From positions 1,674 to 65,673 of the forward strand of contig CABUXM010000002.1 in the NCBI GenBank assembly GCA_902495545.1: a stretch of DNA of 64,000 nucleotides, given 5' to 3'. Shown piece after piece: positions 1 to 9,374 of this stretch. Position 1 is the stretch's first letter. Each line of letters starts with the position of its first letter. This DNA is from an uncultured Collinsella sp. Its GTDB lineage: Bacteria; Actinomycetota; Coriobacteriia; Coriobacteriales; Coriobacteriaceae. Under the pieces are notes generated by a model. The model did not search any database and was not told the DNA's origin. It saw only the letters and a program-made list of their open reading frames with translations. A program made the translations under genes and the position numbers.

Positions 1-792
1 TCGGGCAGCGCGTGGGGCGGCCTGTCGAGGAAGGCCCAGGCACCGCCGAAGTAGTCCTCGGCTCCCGTCGAGGTGACCGTGGGGAACTCCTCGTCGCCGT
101 CGAGGAAGAACTTCATCTCGCCCTCGCCCCACCAATAGCGCTCCAGGGCGCACAGGGCCATGTAGGTGCCGACGTAGTAGCCCTTACCGCGCACGCCGTC
201 GAGCACGGTGTAGTCGACGCCCCTGCGGGTGCTGCGCTCGCGGTTAAAACGGGCGTGGAAGTACATGGCGTCGTCCGGCACGTCGGTGAGCGCGTAGTTG
301 AACGTGTAGAAGATGTACTTAATGAACCCGGGGTGCTCGCTCGTAAGCGTGACCTTGGCGTGCTTCCTGAAAGGCATCTCGAAGTAGCAGTTCATGCCGC
401 CCGTCGGGTTCACGCAGATGGGCATCGAGTTGACGATGGCGCGCTCACCGAAGCCGTTGCAGAAGAAGTCGCCGACAGGGCACTCGACCGAGGGGGTCTC
501 CTCGTCGTCCCAGTAGAAGCGCAGCACGAGGTCGCGCATGACGAAGCTGCCGGCGGCGGTCTTGTCGGGGACGGTCATCCAGATGTGGCGGATGATGCCG
601 GGGCCCTCGATGTCCGCGAGCGTGATGGTCTCGCCGGACTCAAGGGGCACGCAGCACGAGCCCTTGCGGCCGACGCCGAGGTGGCTGGCCGACATGGCGG
701 CACGGCCCTTCTCGCCCGTGATGTTCTCGGGGGTGATGGCGCGGCTTTCCTCACCGCCGTGCATCCACACGTCCTTAAGGAACTCTCTCATC
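1..792 (-). CDS. DUF2961 / glycoside hydrolase family 172-like protein (C-terminus lies outside the window)
   Basis: My own translation of the minus strand from ATG 792 gives MREFLKDVWMHGGEESRAITPENITGEKG...IRHIWMT...YWDDEE...FFCNGFG...YYVGTYM...WWGEGEMKFFLDGD, which is typical of DUF2961. An AGGAGG RBS lies upstream. The ORF is open to the window edge, so it is missing from the ORF track. Confidence 0.8.
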
Positions 793-803
793 GTCGACCT
801 CCT

Positions 804-1202
804 CTATTCGTCGTCTTCGCACTCGGCGGAACTGGCACCGTTCACGTAGACGATCTGCTGGCGCGCCTCGTCGACGAGGGCGTCGAAGTCGAGTTTCTCG
901 TCGGGGCGCGCGAGCGCGACCGTCATGGCGAGCGGGAGGTTGACACCCGCGATCACGTGGATCCGGTCGGAGGCGAAGCGGGAGAAGCGCTGGTTCACGC
1001 TGCCGCCGAGCGCGTCGGTGAGGACGACGACCTCGTCAGTGCCCGAAAGAGCCGCCTCGACCGCCGCGTCGAGCCCCTCGCCGTTGTCGTTCACGTAGGC
1101 GCACACGGCGTTGACGGCGTCGCTCTTACCCGTAAGGAACTCGAGGGTGTCCTTGAAGCCCTGGGCGAGAAGGGAATGGCTCGCCACAACTATCTTTCTC
1201 AT
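804..1202 (-). CDS. PTS mannose/fructose/sorbose-family EIIA component
   Basis: 132 aa starting MRKIVVASHSLLAQG. Size and context match EIIA(Man), directly downstream of the IID, IIC and IIB genes. Confidence 0.8.
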   Translation of the reverse strand: MRKIVVASHSLLAQGFKDTLEFLTGKSDAVNAVCAYVNDNGEGLDAAVEAALSGTDEVVVLTDALGGSVNQRFSRFASDRIHVIAGVNLPLAMTVALARPDEKLDFDALVDEARQQIVYVNGASSAECEDDE

Positions 1203-1228
1203 TGATTCACCAATCTCTTGGGTCGAAG

Positions 1229-2059
1229 CTAGGCAAGGATGCCGGCGGCGGAGGCGACCATCGCGAGGACGATCACCACGAGGATGAGGGCCGTCATGCT
1301 CGCGTTCTTCTTGGTAAGAAGGTAATACGCGCTTCCCGTGATGGCGGCGGGGATCATGGCAGGCAGGATCTTGTCGAGCAGCGGCTGAATCTCCATCGAG
1401 ACGTCGCCGAAGCTGAAGCTAATCGGGCAGGTGACGCCGATGACCGAGGCGATGAGGCAGCCGACCACGGTGAGGCCGAGCACGGAGGCGGCGGCAGTGA
1501 GGTTGGGAAGCTTCTCGCTGAAGTCGGTGACGAGCTTCACGCCCTGCTTGTAGCCGAACTCGAGGGCGTGCATGCGGACCCAGAAGATGGCCAAGATGAG
1601 CGCGAACCAGATGCCGGCTCCCACGGGGTTGCCCTCGATGGCCATGTAGGCGGCGATGGAGCCCATGATGGTCGGGATCATGGTCATGAGCAGGGAGTCG
1701 CCGACGCCGGCGAGCGGTCCCATGGTGCCGATCTTCAGGTCTTGGACGGCGTCCGCCGCCGCGAGGCCGTCACGCTCCTCCATGGCCACGCAGGCGCCGA
1801 GGATGATGGCGGCGAGCCAAGGCTGGGTGTTGTAGTAGCGGAAGTGGTTGTTGAGCGCCTGCTTATAGTCCTCGTCGTTCGTGTAGATCTTCCTCAGGAT
1901 CGGCGAGAGGGCGTAGGCGACCGAGGCGCCCTGCTGGGTCTGGTAGTTGAAGGTGCACACGCTCATGAGCCAGCGCCAGTTCGCGTTGCGCAGGTCCTTC
2001 TTGGTGACCTTGTAACCGGAGGGCTTGCCCTCGGCGGCGGTGATGTTCTCGTTTTCCAT
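1229..2059 (-). CDS. PTS mannose-family IID component
   Basis: 276 aa polytopic membrane protein. The N-terminal ...NANWRWLMS...FNYQTQQG... motif is typical of ManZ/IID. Confidence 0.88.
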   Translation of the reverse strand: MENENITAAEGKPSGYKVTKKDLRNANWRWLMSVCTFNYQTQQGASVAYALSPILRKIYTNDEDYKQALNNHFRYYNTQPWLAAIILGACVAMEERDGLAAADAVQDLKIGTMGPLAGVGDSLLMTMIPTIMGSIAAYMAIEGNPVGAGIWFALILAIFWVRMHALEFGYKQGVKLVTDFSEKLPNLTAAASVLGLTVVGCLIASVIGVTCPISFSFGDVSMEIQPLLDKILPAMIPAAITGSAYYLLTKKNASMTALILVVIVLAMVASAAGILA

Positions 2060-2061
2060 GG

Positions 2062-2847
2062 TTACTCATCCTCTCCGATGAAGGCGTCTGCGGAAGCGTG
2101 GGCGGTGAGCTCGGCGTCCTTCTCGGCACGCTGATAGAACGCGATCGCGAGGGCAACGCCGACGATGGCGGCACCGATGATGGGCACGTTCAGGAAGGCC
2201 GAGAGGAAGAAACCAGCGAGCAGGTACTGGAAGTACTTGGCGGTTGGCATGTAGCGGAGCAGCATGGCGATACCGATGGCCGGGAGCATCTTGCCGGCGA
2301 GGGTGAGGCCGGAGAGGAACCACTGGGGCATGACCTCGAGGAGCCAGTTGACGGCGGGCTGGCCGAGCGTCACGGAGACAAAGACGGGCAGGGCGGCGCA
2401 CAGGCCGAAGAGCGCGGGGCAGACCCACAGGATGGCGTTCATCTGATTGAACTTACCCTCGTTGCAGAACTTCTGGGACTTCTCGACGACAAAGCCGTTG
2501 AGGATCTTGACGACGACGTCGAGCTGGATGCCGAGCATGCCGACCGGCAGGCCGATGGCGAGGCCCGTGTCGGAGCCCAGGGTCACGCCGTAGGCGGTGG
2601 CGATGATGGCCATCGTGCCGTAGTCGGGGATCGAAGAGCCGCCGAAGCCCGCGACGCCGAGCTGCATGAGCTGGATGGTGCCGCCGATGACGAGGCCGGT
2701 CTGCCAGTCGCCCATGACGACGCCGGTGATAAGGCCCCAGAAGACGGCATAGTTGACGAAGATCATCGGGATGCCGTAGTAGTCCACGTGCTTGATGAAG
2801 GCAAGCAGGGTCAAAAGGACGACCTGCAAGATAGTGAAGTTGACCAT
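2062..2847 (-). CDS. PTS mannose-family IIC component
   Basis: 261 aa hydrophobic protein. It sits 2 nt upstream of the IID gene. Composition is ManY/IIC-like. Confidence 0.85.
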   Translation of the reverse strand: MVNFTILQVVLLTLLAFIKHVDYYGIPMIFVNYAVFWGLITGVVMGDWQTGLVIGGTIQLMQLGVAGFGGSSIPDYGTMAIIATAYGVTLGSDTGLAIGLPVGMLGIQLDVVVKILNGFVVEKSQKFCNEGKFNQMNAILWVCPALFGLCAALPVFVSVTLGQPAVNWLLEVMPQWFLSGLTLAGKMLPAIGIAMLLRYMPTAKYFQYLLAGFFLSAFLNVPIIGAAIVGVALAIAFYQRAEKDAELTAHASADAFIGEDE

Positions 2848-2856
2848 GTTCCCTCC

Positions 2857-3330
2857 TTAGATGAGGTCGGCGACGGAGACGGGCTTGTCGGCGGGCACGA
2901 ACTGTGCCGTCACCTTGACGCCGCGGGCGATGAGCGCCTTGTAGCTTTGGACGTTCTCGGCGGAGGCATAGGCGCGCTGGGTGAGCTGGACGCCGCCCTC
3001 CTTGACAAGAGAGCCGCCGACGATCAGCGACGGGAGCTCGATGCCCGACTCGACCAGGTGAAGGATCGTCTCGGGCTCCTTGGCGATGACAAAGACCTTC
3101 TCGCGGTCGTACTTGCCTGCCGCGAAGTTCTTGAGCGCGGTCTCCTCGGAGATGATCGAGACGGCCATGCCCGCGGGGCGCGCCATCCTCATGGTGGACT
3201 TCAGGACCTCGTCGCCAGCGACCTTGTCGTCGATGACCATGACTCGGGTCGCGCCCGACACCGGGGCCCACTGCGTCACGATGATGCCGTGAAGCAGGCG
3301 ATTGTCGATTCGTGCCATAACAACACTCAT
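2857..3330 (-). CDS. PTS mannose-family IIB component
   Basis: MSVVMARIDNRLLHGIIVTQW is the canonical IIB(Man) N-terminus, including the phospho-His. The start was moved to ATG 3330, which follows an AGGAG RBS. Confidence 0.85.
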   Translation of the reverse strand: MSVVMARIDNRLLHGIIVTQWAPVSGATRVMVIDDKVAGDEVLKSTMRMARPAGMAVSIISEETALKNFAAGKYDREKVFVIAKEPETILHLVESGIELPSLIVGGSLVKEGGVQLTQRAYASAENVQSYKALIARGVKVTAQFVPADKPVSVADLI

Positions 3331-3453
3331 GTTTGCTCCTATCAAATGAAGTTTTACGTTCGGTACTGCCTCGGCGCTATCCGGATTCGCGCCGGGCAAG
3401 GGGTTATCGGATTATTGAGGACGCGCGGTCAGCTCGCGGCGGCGCGGGGAAGG

Positions 3454-6195
3454 TCACTCGTCGAACAGGAGGCTCGAGGAGCCGAGACGCTCCTCTCGCG
3501 CCGGGGCGGCGCTCACGCTGATGTAGTCGAAGACGTAGGCGATCTCGCTTACAGGAACCTCCACGCGATAGCGCGTCGAGATGCTCGAGAAACTCTGCCT
3601 GAAGGACTCGATGAAGTCGGCGTGCTCTTCCTCGAAGCGATCCTGGCCGACGTAGGTCTCGATGGGGTTGCGGGTGACGAGGCGCTCGACGAGGCAACAG
3701 AGGTGAACGTACAGCCCGATGATGGCGTTGCTGCCGATCTTCTCGCCCGTTCTGCGCTGAAGCTCGTGCACGGCGCTCTCGATCTCGTGGAACAGCCGCT
3801 CCGGGTCGAGGATGGTGATGGAGCGGATAACGTTCTGCAGCGTCATGTTCGAAAGCAGCTTCTCGTGAAAAGAAGCGAGCTCGGAGACGTCGAGCCACCT
3901 GCCGAACACGGCATCGACCTTCGAGGCGGACGCCGTCGACATAATGTCTTCGAGGGCGACGAAGGGAACGGAGGCAATCCCGGGGTCTCCCGTGCCGATG
4001 ACGGCGCAGACGCGGTGCTCGGAGAAAACGGCGTCGTTCGACCCGTTCGCGACGAGCTGCTTGAAGGGCCTCGTGAGCAGGCGCGCGCCTATGGTGCGCG
4101 GGAGGCTCTGCGAGACGAGCTGGCGTATCCTCTCCGCGGCGTCGACCCCGGACTCGGAGCAGAAGACGATGGCGTCCTCACGGTTGACGCGCTCGATCAC
4201 CTTGCAGTGCGTCACGCACGCGGCGGTCGCATCGCCAAGAACCTCGGCGATGGACTTGCCGCCGAGCAGCCCGACCCCGATCTCGAGCGCAAGACCGGTA
4301 GAGACGTTGTTCACCACGCCGATAGTGGAGTCGGTAACGTTCTCGAGGGCCTTATAGGCCTCCTCCAAGGAGCCCATGTCGACGAGGAACACGACCCCGG
4401 TGCAGTAGGAATGGCGGTCGACGAGGCGCTGGAGCGGACCGACGATGTCCTTCAGCTGCTGGTCGTAGGGCATGTCGACCGCCTCGTACACATGCATGCC
4501 GAGCATACGGTTCGCCGCGTCGGCGATGCTCGTCGCCGTTGAGTAGCCGTGGGACAAGATGACGCAGAGCGTTCGAAGGGCCTTCGCGTCGCGAGACTCC
4601 GATGCGACGCACAGCGTCAGAAGCGTCTTCGTGAAGTGATCGAGCGAGATTCCGAGTGCCCCTTCCATGTCTGCGGCGACCTGATCGGAGACGCTCGAGG
4701 CAAACGGCAATTCGGAGGTCACGGCACCGAGGAGATGGGAGATTTGCTCCGCACAGGCAGACTTTCGCTTAGCCAGGCCGATGCCCGGCCACAACTGCAG
4801 GCAAATCTCCTGGGCCAGCAGAAAAGCGACCTTCCTCGAAAGCTCGATGCCATAAGAAGAGCCTGCGTCGGCAAGGACCGCGCCCACGATGCGCTCGAAG
4901 GCGCGCGACCTCGAGGAGGTAACGCCGCGGCCGAAGATCAAGTGATCCTCAACGCCGCGCACAGCGGAGACAGCTTGCGAGACGAGCTCGGAGACAGAGA
5001 GCTCCCCGGCGCAGAATCGCTCATCGAGAGAGCACAGGGCATCGAGCGCCTGCTCGACCGGCCCTGTGCTCTCGGCGGCATCCAGGGACGCGTCGATCAG
5101 AACGCCATCGTCGGGCTGTTGATCGATCTGCGCGGAGGAGAGGAGCCCGCTGGGAAGAAGATACGGGCGAACGACGACGTAGTCGCCCTCGCGATTGAGG
5201 AACGCTTTGGCGCAGCAGTTCGTCACGCAGGCGCGCAAGCCGGCGATGTTATCGGAAAAGTCCGCGTTCACGAGGCAACGGTATGCGCCGCGGCTGATCT
5301 TCACATCAGAACCGATTCGGCACCCCTCGCTGCGCAGGAAGCTCAAGATGAGATCCTCGCGCTCCTCGGGGGTCCGCTCCTTGAGTGAGGGGACGCGGGC
5401 ACAGATGGGCATTTTGCTGTAGGCCGAGGAAACCTTCAGGTCATCGGCGGAAAGCGCCGTCGAAAGAACGAGGCGAGCGCGCGGCGCATCCTGGGAGGCA
5501 TCGAGCCCGAGGGCCGTCGCAAGGCAGTGCTCCATCGCAGAGGGAGAGAGTGCCTCGATGCCGTTGACAAAGACCACACCCCCGCGCGATTTCGCGATCG
5601 ACTCGTCAAGAAGCCCGTTGAACGAGGCGGCGTCCGGGACCCCGGCGCAGTCGATGCGCACATAGGAGGAGTCGCGGGACAGCAAGCCCTGGTTCTTGCC
5701 GTACTCGTACACAAGGCGAGAAAGGAAAGACTTACCGACACCCACGCCGCCGCTCAAGAGGATGGGCAGGCCAAACGGAGGGTACTGAACCGCAGCCTTG
5801 CACTGCTCGACAACGGAGCTGAGGCTCAGGTCGAAGCCCACGGCACGCGCGAAGTCGCGGTGATCGGCGATTCCCGTCGCCTGGATGAGGTCGGCGAGCG
5901 AGGCGTACTCGCTTGCAGAGAGCTTTACCTGAAAACGCTTCTGGAACGCGCGGCGATGAAAATAACGGACAGGCCTGCCCGCCACCTTAACCACAAGGCC
6001 GGCGCGAACAAGGTCGTTGACGTACTGGCTCGCCAGACTCCTGGAGATGATGAGTGTCTCGGCGATGTCGGAGGTGGACAGACGGGCAAGGTCGTCGAGC
6101 GAGACGGCAGAGGTGAGGGCCTCGAGATGCTCGAGAATCCTGTCCCTCATGTCGACGGGCTTCTTTGCCAAGCTGTCCTGTGCGGTCTTGTCCAT
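3454..6195 (-). CDS. LevR-like PTS-controlled transcriptional regulator (wHTH, degenerate AAA+ module, PRD and EIIA(Man)-like domains)
   Basis: 913 aa. It has a Walker A (GGVGVGKS) and an EIIA(Man)-like ILSHGYSTATS segment. It lies directly upstream of the Man-PTS operon. No GAFTGA motif is present, and Walker B reads FVNGIE. Confidence 0.75.
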   Translation of the reverse strand: MDKTAQDSLAKKPVDMRDRILEHLEALTSAVSLDDLARLSTSDIAETLIISRSLASQYVNDLVRAGLVVKVAGRPVRYFHRRAFQKRFQVKLSASEYASLADLIQATGIADHRDFARAVGFDLSLSSVVEQCKAAVQYPPFGLPILLSGGVGVGKSFLSRLVYEYGKNQGLLSRDSSYVRIDCAGVPDAASFNGLLDESIAKSRGGVVFVNGIEALSPSAMEHCLATALGLDASQDAPRARLVLSTALSADDLKVSSAYSKMPICARVPSLKERTPEEREDLILSFLRSEGCRIGSDVKISRGAYRCLVNADFSDNIAGLRACVTNCCAKAFLNREGDYVVVRPYLLPSGLLSSAQIDQQPDDGVLIDASLDAAESTGPVEQALDALCSLDERFCAGELSVSELVSQAVSAVRGVEDHLIFGRGVTSSRSRAFERIVGAVLADAGSSYGIELSRKVAFLLAQEICLQLWPGIGLAKRKSACAEQISHLLGAVTSELPFASSVSDQVAADMEGALGISLDHFTKTLLTLCVASESRDAKALRTLCVILSHGYSTATSIADAANRMLGMHVYEAVDMPYDQQLKDIVGPLQRLVDRHSYCTGVVFLVDMGSLEEAYKALENVTDSTIGVVNNVSTGLALEIGVGLLGGKSIAEVLGDATAACVTHCKVIERVNREDAIVFCSESGVDAAERIRQLVSQSLPRTIGARLLTRPFKQLVANGSNDAVFSEHRVCAVIGTGDPGIASVPFVALEDIMSTASASKVDAVFGRWLDVSELASFHEKLLSNMTLQNVIRSITILDPERLFHEIESAVHELQRRTGEKIGSNAIIGLYVHLCCLVERLVTRNPIETYVGQDRFEEEHADFIESFRQSFSSISTRYRVEVPVSEIAYVFDYISVSAAPAREERLGSSSLLFDE

Positions 6196-6921
6196 GACTT
6201 CTTACCTCCTTGTACAAGGAGTATAAGGGGAACACAGAGAACGGAAGGGGGCGCGTGGGGGAATCAACAGCCCCGAGGAGAAGTTCACCACTTGAGGGGC
6301 AGAAAACAACGGCCATTGAACATTCAGGGCCGACGCTCAACACTTCGGCTCGACACTTCGCTTTGGAAAGGGCCCTGCGCGATGGTGCAGCCCTCCATCT
6401 CGCAGCACAGGTCGCCGAAGGTCGCGAGGATGCGCTCCTTCTGTTCCGTGGGCGAGACGGCTCGGTGGGCAAGGTCCTCTCAAAAGGGGTCGTCCGACGC
6501 CGCAAGACCTCGATGACCGACTACCGCCTCGAGCAAGTGGCGGATTACCTCTGCACCATCGAACTTGCCTTGGTCAAGTGCGAGGCGAGGAGAACGGTGA
6601 GACGTACAACAAGTTCTTCGGAGGTATAGGCTCTTTCAAGAGGAACTGGCTCAAGCAAGCCCGCAGCAAGCGGATATAGGTGGTTCCGCAGTCTCGCAGG
6701 GAGCGGTCGTCTTTCCTCCGGCCAGGGCCCCAAGCGACACGCTTCGAGCAGCGATAGCGAAACGCAAGCAACGGCGTCGCGGGCGCCTCGTGCGCCATAG
6801 TGTCCATGTGGTCATCTCCTATCGTCTCAGCGTGGTAGCTGAAGATTCTAGGCGCTGGCCACACCCCTTTTCCGGGGCGCCAACACCAACATTTAGCACA
6901 CAAGGAGTTTGACGAGATGGC

Positions 6922-7506
6922 TCAGCGAGTATTGAATCTATCCGCCCATGCAGCCACGTCGAATAACTCCAGATTGGGGTAACTGACCGTTTCGCCCGTT
7001 TCTTTAAGACAGGCCTCCGCGGCGTTGCACAGCGAGCTCGCGAGCGACGCCGCATCAACGCGGAACGTCACGCTCTTAGTCGCACGCATCCCGCTCTTGG
7101 GCGACGGCCAGGAAGAGCAGAGGGCGTTGCACCCGTGGAGGACAAGCTCGAACTTGTAGTCGTAGTCGAAGCTCTCGTCTTTCTCGGGAGCATCGACCGA
7201 CACATCGTAGTCGCCTGAATGCAACAGGGAGCACCGGAGCTTCCAGCACATCTTCCCATTAAAGATTTGGCCTGGAATCGTTTCACCTTCGTTCGAGGGG
7301 TCTCCCGAAAACAGGAAGTCGTTTGCCGCCCAGTCATCAAACCACTTCACATACTGCCGCCCCGCCGCTCTCTTCCCGTTATGAAGGACGAGATTGGGGT
7401 AAAGAAGCTGCCCCATGGCGTCGGGAATGGTAAGGGAAGACATAAGGGCTGGGATAAGGCAGTCTTTCTCAACCGCATTTCTAATCGATTCGACGAGTAG
7501 CTTCAT
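6922..7506 (-). CDS. hypothetical protein (third gene of the island operon)
   Basis: 194 aa ORF, 28 nt downstream of the preceding ORF on the same strand. Codon usage is gene-like but less GC3-biased than the core genes. I recognise no family. Confidence 0.55.
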   Translation of the reverse strand: MKLLVESIRNAVEKDCLIPALMSSLTIPDAMGQLLYPNLVLHNGKRAAGRQYVKWFDDWAANDFLFSGDPSNEGETIPGQIFNGKMCWKLRCSLLHSGDYDVSVDAPEKDESFDYDYKFELVLHGCNALCSSWPSPKSGMRATKSVTFRVDAASLASSLCNAAEACLKETGETVSYPNLELFDVAAWADRFNTR

Positions 7507-7534
7507 TTCGATGCCTCAAAAAGTCTATGCGGTC

Positions 7535-8623
7535 TTATGCGAAGAAACGGCCGATCGGCCATGAGCCGAGCGTCGTTCGTGCCTCTTCGTCAAGTGACGC
7601 TCTGAGCGCAGAGGCCATGTCCGAGTCTCCGCGCAAGGCTGCTGCGCATGCTTTCGACAGCGCACTATCTGAATTCAGCTGGATTGCCATTAACTCAGAT
7701 TTCTCCTCGCTAGTAAGATCTCGCTTTCGAGCGGCAATTTGATATCGATTTATCAGGGTTGCCTCTCGATCCGCAAAAGCTTCCAGGGCGTCTACGGTCA
7801 TCTCGCAGCATTTCAGCAACTCTTCCTTACAGCACGCATCTTGATCGTAGGCTGATAGCATTTCAAGCATCTTGTCGTTGACGTAGGCAGAGCTAACTTC
7901 GGTGACTGGATACTGCTTCAACGTAGCGGCAAACACCTCGGCATCGATATTGGCAAGCCTCATATAGTCCTGCATCGTTTGGACGAACAGAGGCGCGACG
8001 ACTACGGGGGCATTCCCCTCGCCCCGGAAGAACACCGAGACCGTCAGGTCATCCAGTCGAAGCCCATCGACCATTCGGTACATATCTTCAGATACTTGGT
8101 AAAACACGAGCTTAATCGGATGGTTCCCCAGATTGATATATCCGAATCCGTTTTGCCGATCCTTGTAGTGGAGGGGTGCGTTCTCAACCAATCCCTTGTA
8201 AATTGTCTCGATGTTTCTTAAATCCTGAGTGGTCAACGCACTGATGTCGAGCTCTGGCTTGTAATGAAGAGCGTCGACAACCCGCTTGATAATCTCCAGC
8301 GACTGCAATCGACTCTCAAGGGCGTCGAGGTCGCCTCCGCTCAACTTGCACCCGCGAGCAAAGCCGCTTCCGTCTATGGAAAGCGTACCGGTTTGCATCA
8401 ATGCGCGCATGAGGGCCAACTCTTCCATGCGCTCGACAAGAGTTCCGGTCTCGCTGAGGGTGATTGTGTTGGTGGAGAGGCATATGTCGAAACCCCTGAA
8501 GAAAACGTGCTCGCCATTCTCATTTTCTCCGGCCATGACCACCGCATTTAGGGAAACATCACCAGAGCTGACGTCATGCCGAGACCCAATCGCGACGCCA
8601 ACTATGTTTTCAAGCTTATTCAA
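7535..8623 (-). CDS. hypothetical protein. Either a separate gene starting at TTG 8623 (a TTGA overlap with the upstream stop), or the C-terminal part of a frame-broken DUF4365 fusion.
   Basis: The frame is open from 8734 down to 7535. GGGAGAGAG lies upstream of TTG 8623. I recognise no domain. Confidence 0.5.
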   Translation of the reverse strand: MNKLENIVGVAIGSRHDVSSGDVSLNAVVMAGENENGEHVFFRGFDICLSTNTITLSETGTLVERMEELALMRALMQTGTLSIDGSGFARGCKLSGGDLDALESRLQSLEIIKRVVDALHYKPELDISALTTQDLRNIETIYKGLVENAPLHYKDRQNGFGYINLGNHPIKLVFYQVSEDMYRMVDGLRLDDLTVSVFFRGEGNAPVVVAPLFVQTMQDYMRLANIDAEVFAATLKQYPVTEVSSAYVNDKMLEMLSAYDQDACCKEELLKCCEMTVDALEAFADREATLINRYQIAARKRDLTSEEKSELMAIQLNSDSALSKACAAALRGDSDMASALRASLDEEARTTLGSWPIGRFFA

Positions 8624-9285
8624 GGGATACAGCTCTCTCCCCAGGGGCTCTTCCCGTAGATATACAGCCCGTTCCTGTATGGAGCCAAACTTGCGGGCGA
8701 CTCGCCCTCGAGCAGCTCGATTCCAAACTCGCACTCATCAAAGCAAAGGCCGGCGTCCTTAAATTCCTCGATTGTCTTGGGGGCGATGCCAGCGACTGCT
8801 CGCTGCTTTGCTCTGTCCTTGACCGCCCTTCTGACAAGCCGCGTCAATTCCGCCGCGTCTGTTGGAAGCCGGTCGAAACGCAAAGAGATGCGCTCTTGTT
8901 GCTCCGGAATATCGGCCAGAATCTTCTTTAGGTCATAGGGAAGCAAAAGTCTGTAGAAAACCTCCGCTGAACGAGCCTCGCTCCCACAGTAGACGTAAAA
9001 ATAGATGCAGCCTCCAGCAATGTTGAGATAGTGCTTGAGGTCTGAAACTCGAACTTGCCGCTTAGGTCGGTCCGATTTTCTTTTCGAAGTGGTCCCCTTG
9101 ACCTGAAGCGGCAACTGGCCTTCAACGGTCTCAATCGTGAAGGAAGAAGACGAGTAGACTTGCAGGTGCCCGTCGGTGCATTCGGTCTTGTCGTTCTCAT
9201 CTATATACGCATAGACGCAAGCGACATCGCCGAAAGCCTGCTTGACAGCATTGACCGCGTTCTGCTCGATTTTGCGATTGTCCAA
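8620..9285 (-). CDS. DUF4365-like (PD-(D/E)xK nuclease-fold) domain protein
   Basis: 221 aa with a TTG start after an AAGGAG RBS. The N-terminal pattern is E..AV..V...F....VYAYIDENDK.E.TDGHLQV...LPLQVKGTTSK, that is D...(Q/E)VK. This resembles DUF4365. Confidence 0.5.
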   Translation of the reverse strand: MDNRKIEQNAVNAVKQAFGDVACVYAYIDENDKTECTDGHLQVYSSSSFTIETVEGQLPLQVKGTTSKRKSDRPKRQVRVSDLKHYLNIAGGCIYFYVYCGSEARSAEVFYRLLLPYDLKKILADIPEQQERISLRFDRLPTDAAELTRLVRRAVKDRAKQRAVAGIAPKTIEEFKDAGLCFDECEFGIELLEGESPASLAPYRNGLYIYGKSPWGESCIP

Positions 9286-9374
9286 GCTTCTCCTTACTGT
9301 TTTAGATCGTCAGCAAACCGATGTCAGGCATGTTTCTCACTTGACCTAACTGCCTCGCGATGAATCGCATGGCC

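Noticed and set aside
3331-3453. Possible sigma-54 (-24/-12) promoter upstream of the PTS IIB gene
   Set aside because: I scanned the minus-strand sequence by eye for GG-N10-GC with TGGCAC/TTGC context. The only GGCA (GAGGCAGTACCGAACGT) and the only TTGC have the wrong spacing or partner bases. I did not call it; the absence is reported as part of a finding.
12-4542. Plus-strand ORFs 12-1205 (397 aa), 1202-2134 (310 aa) and 2098-4542 (814 aa)
   Set aside because: They lie antisense to the recognisable DUF2961, PTS IIA/IID/IIC/IIB and LevR-like genes. The translations are repetitive Gly/Asp/Glu/Arg/Ala strings without motifs or an RBS.
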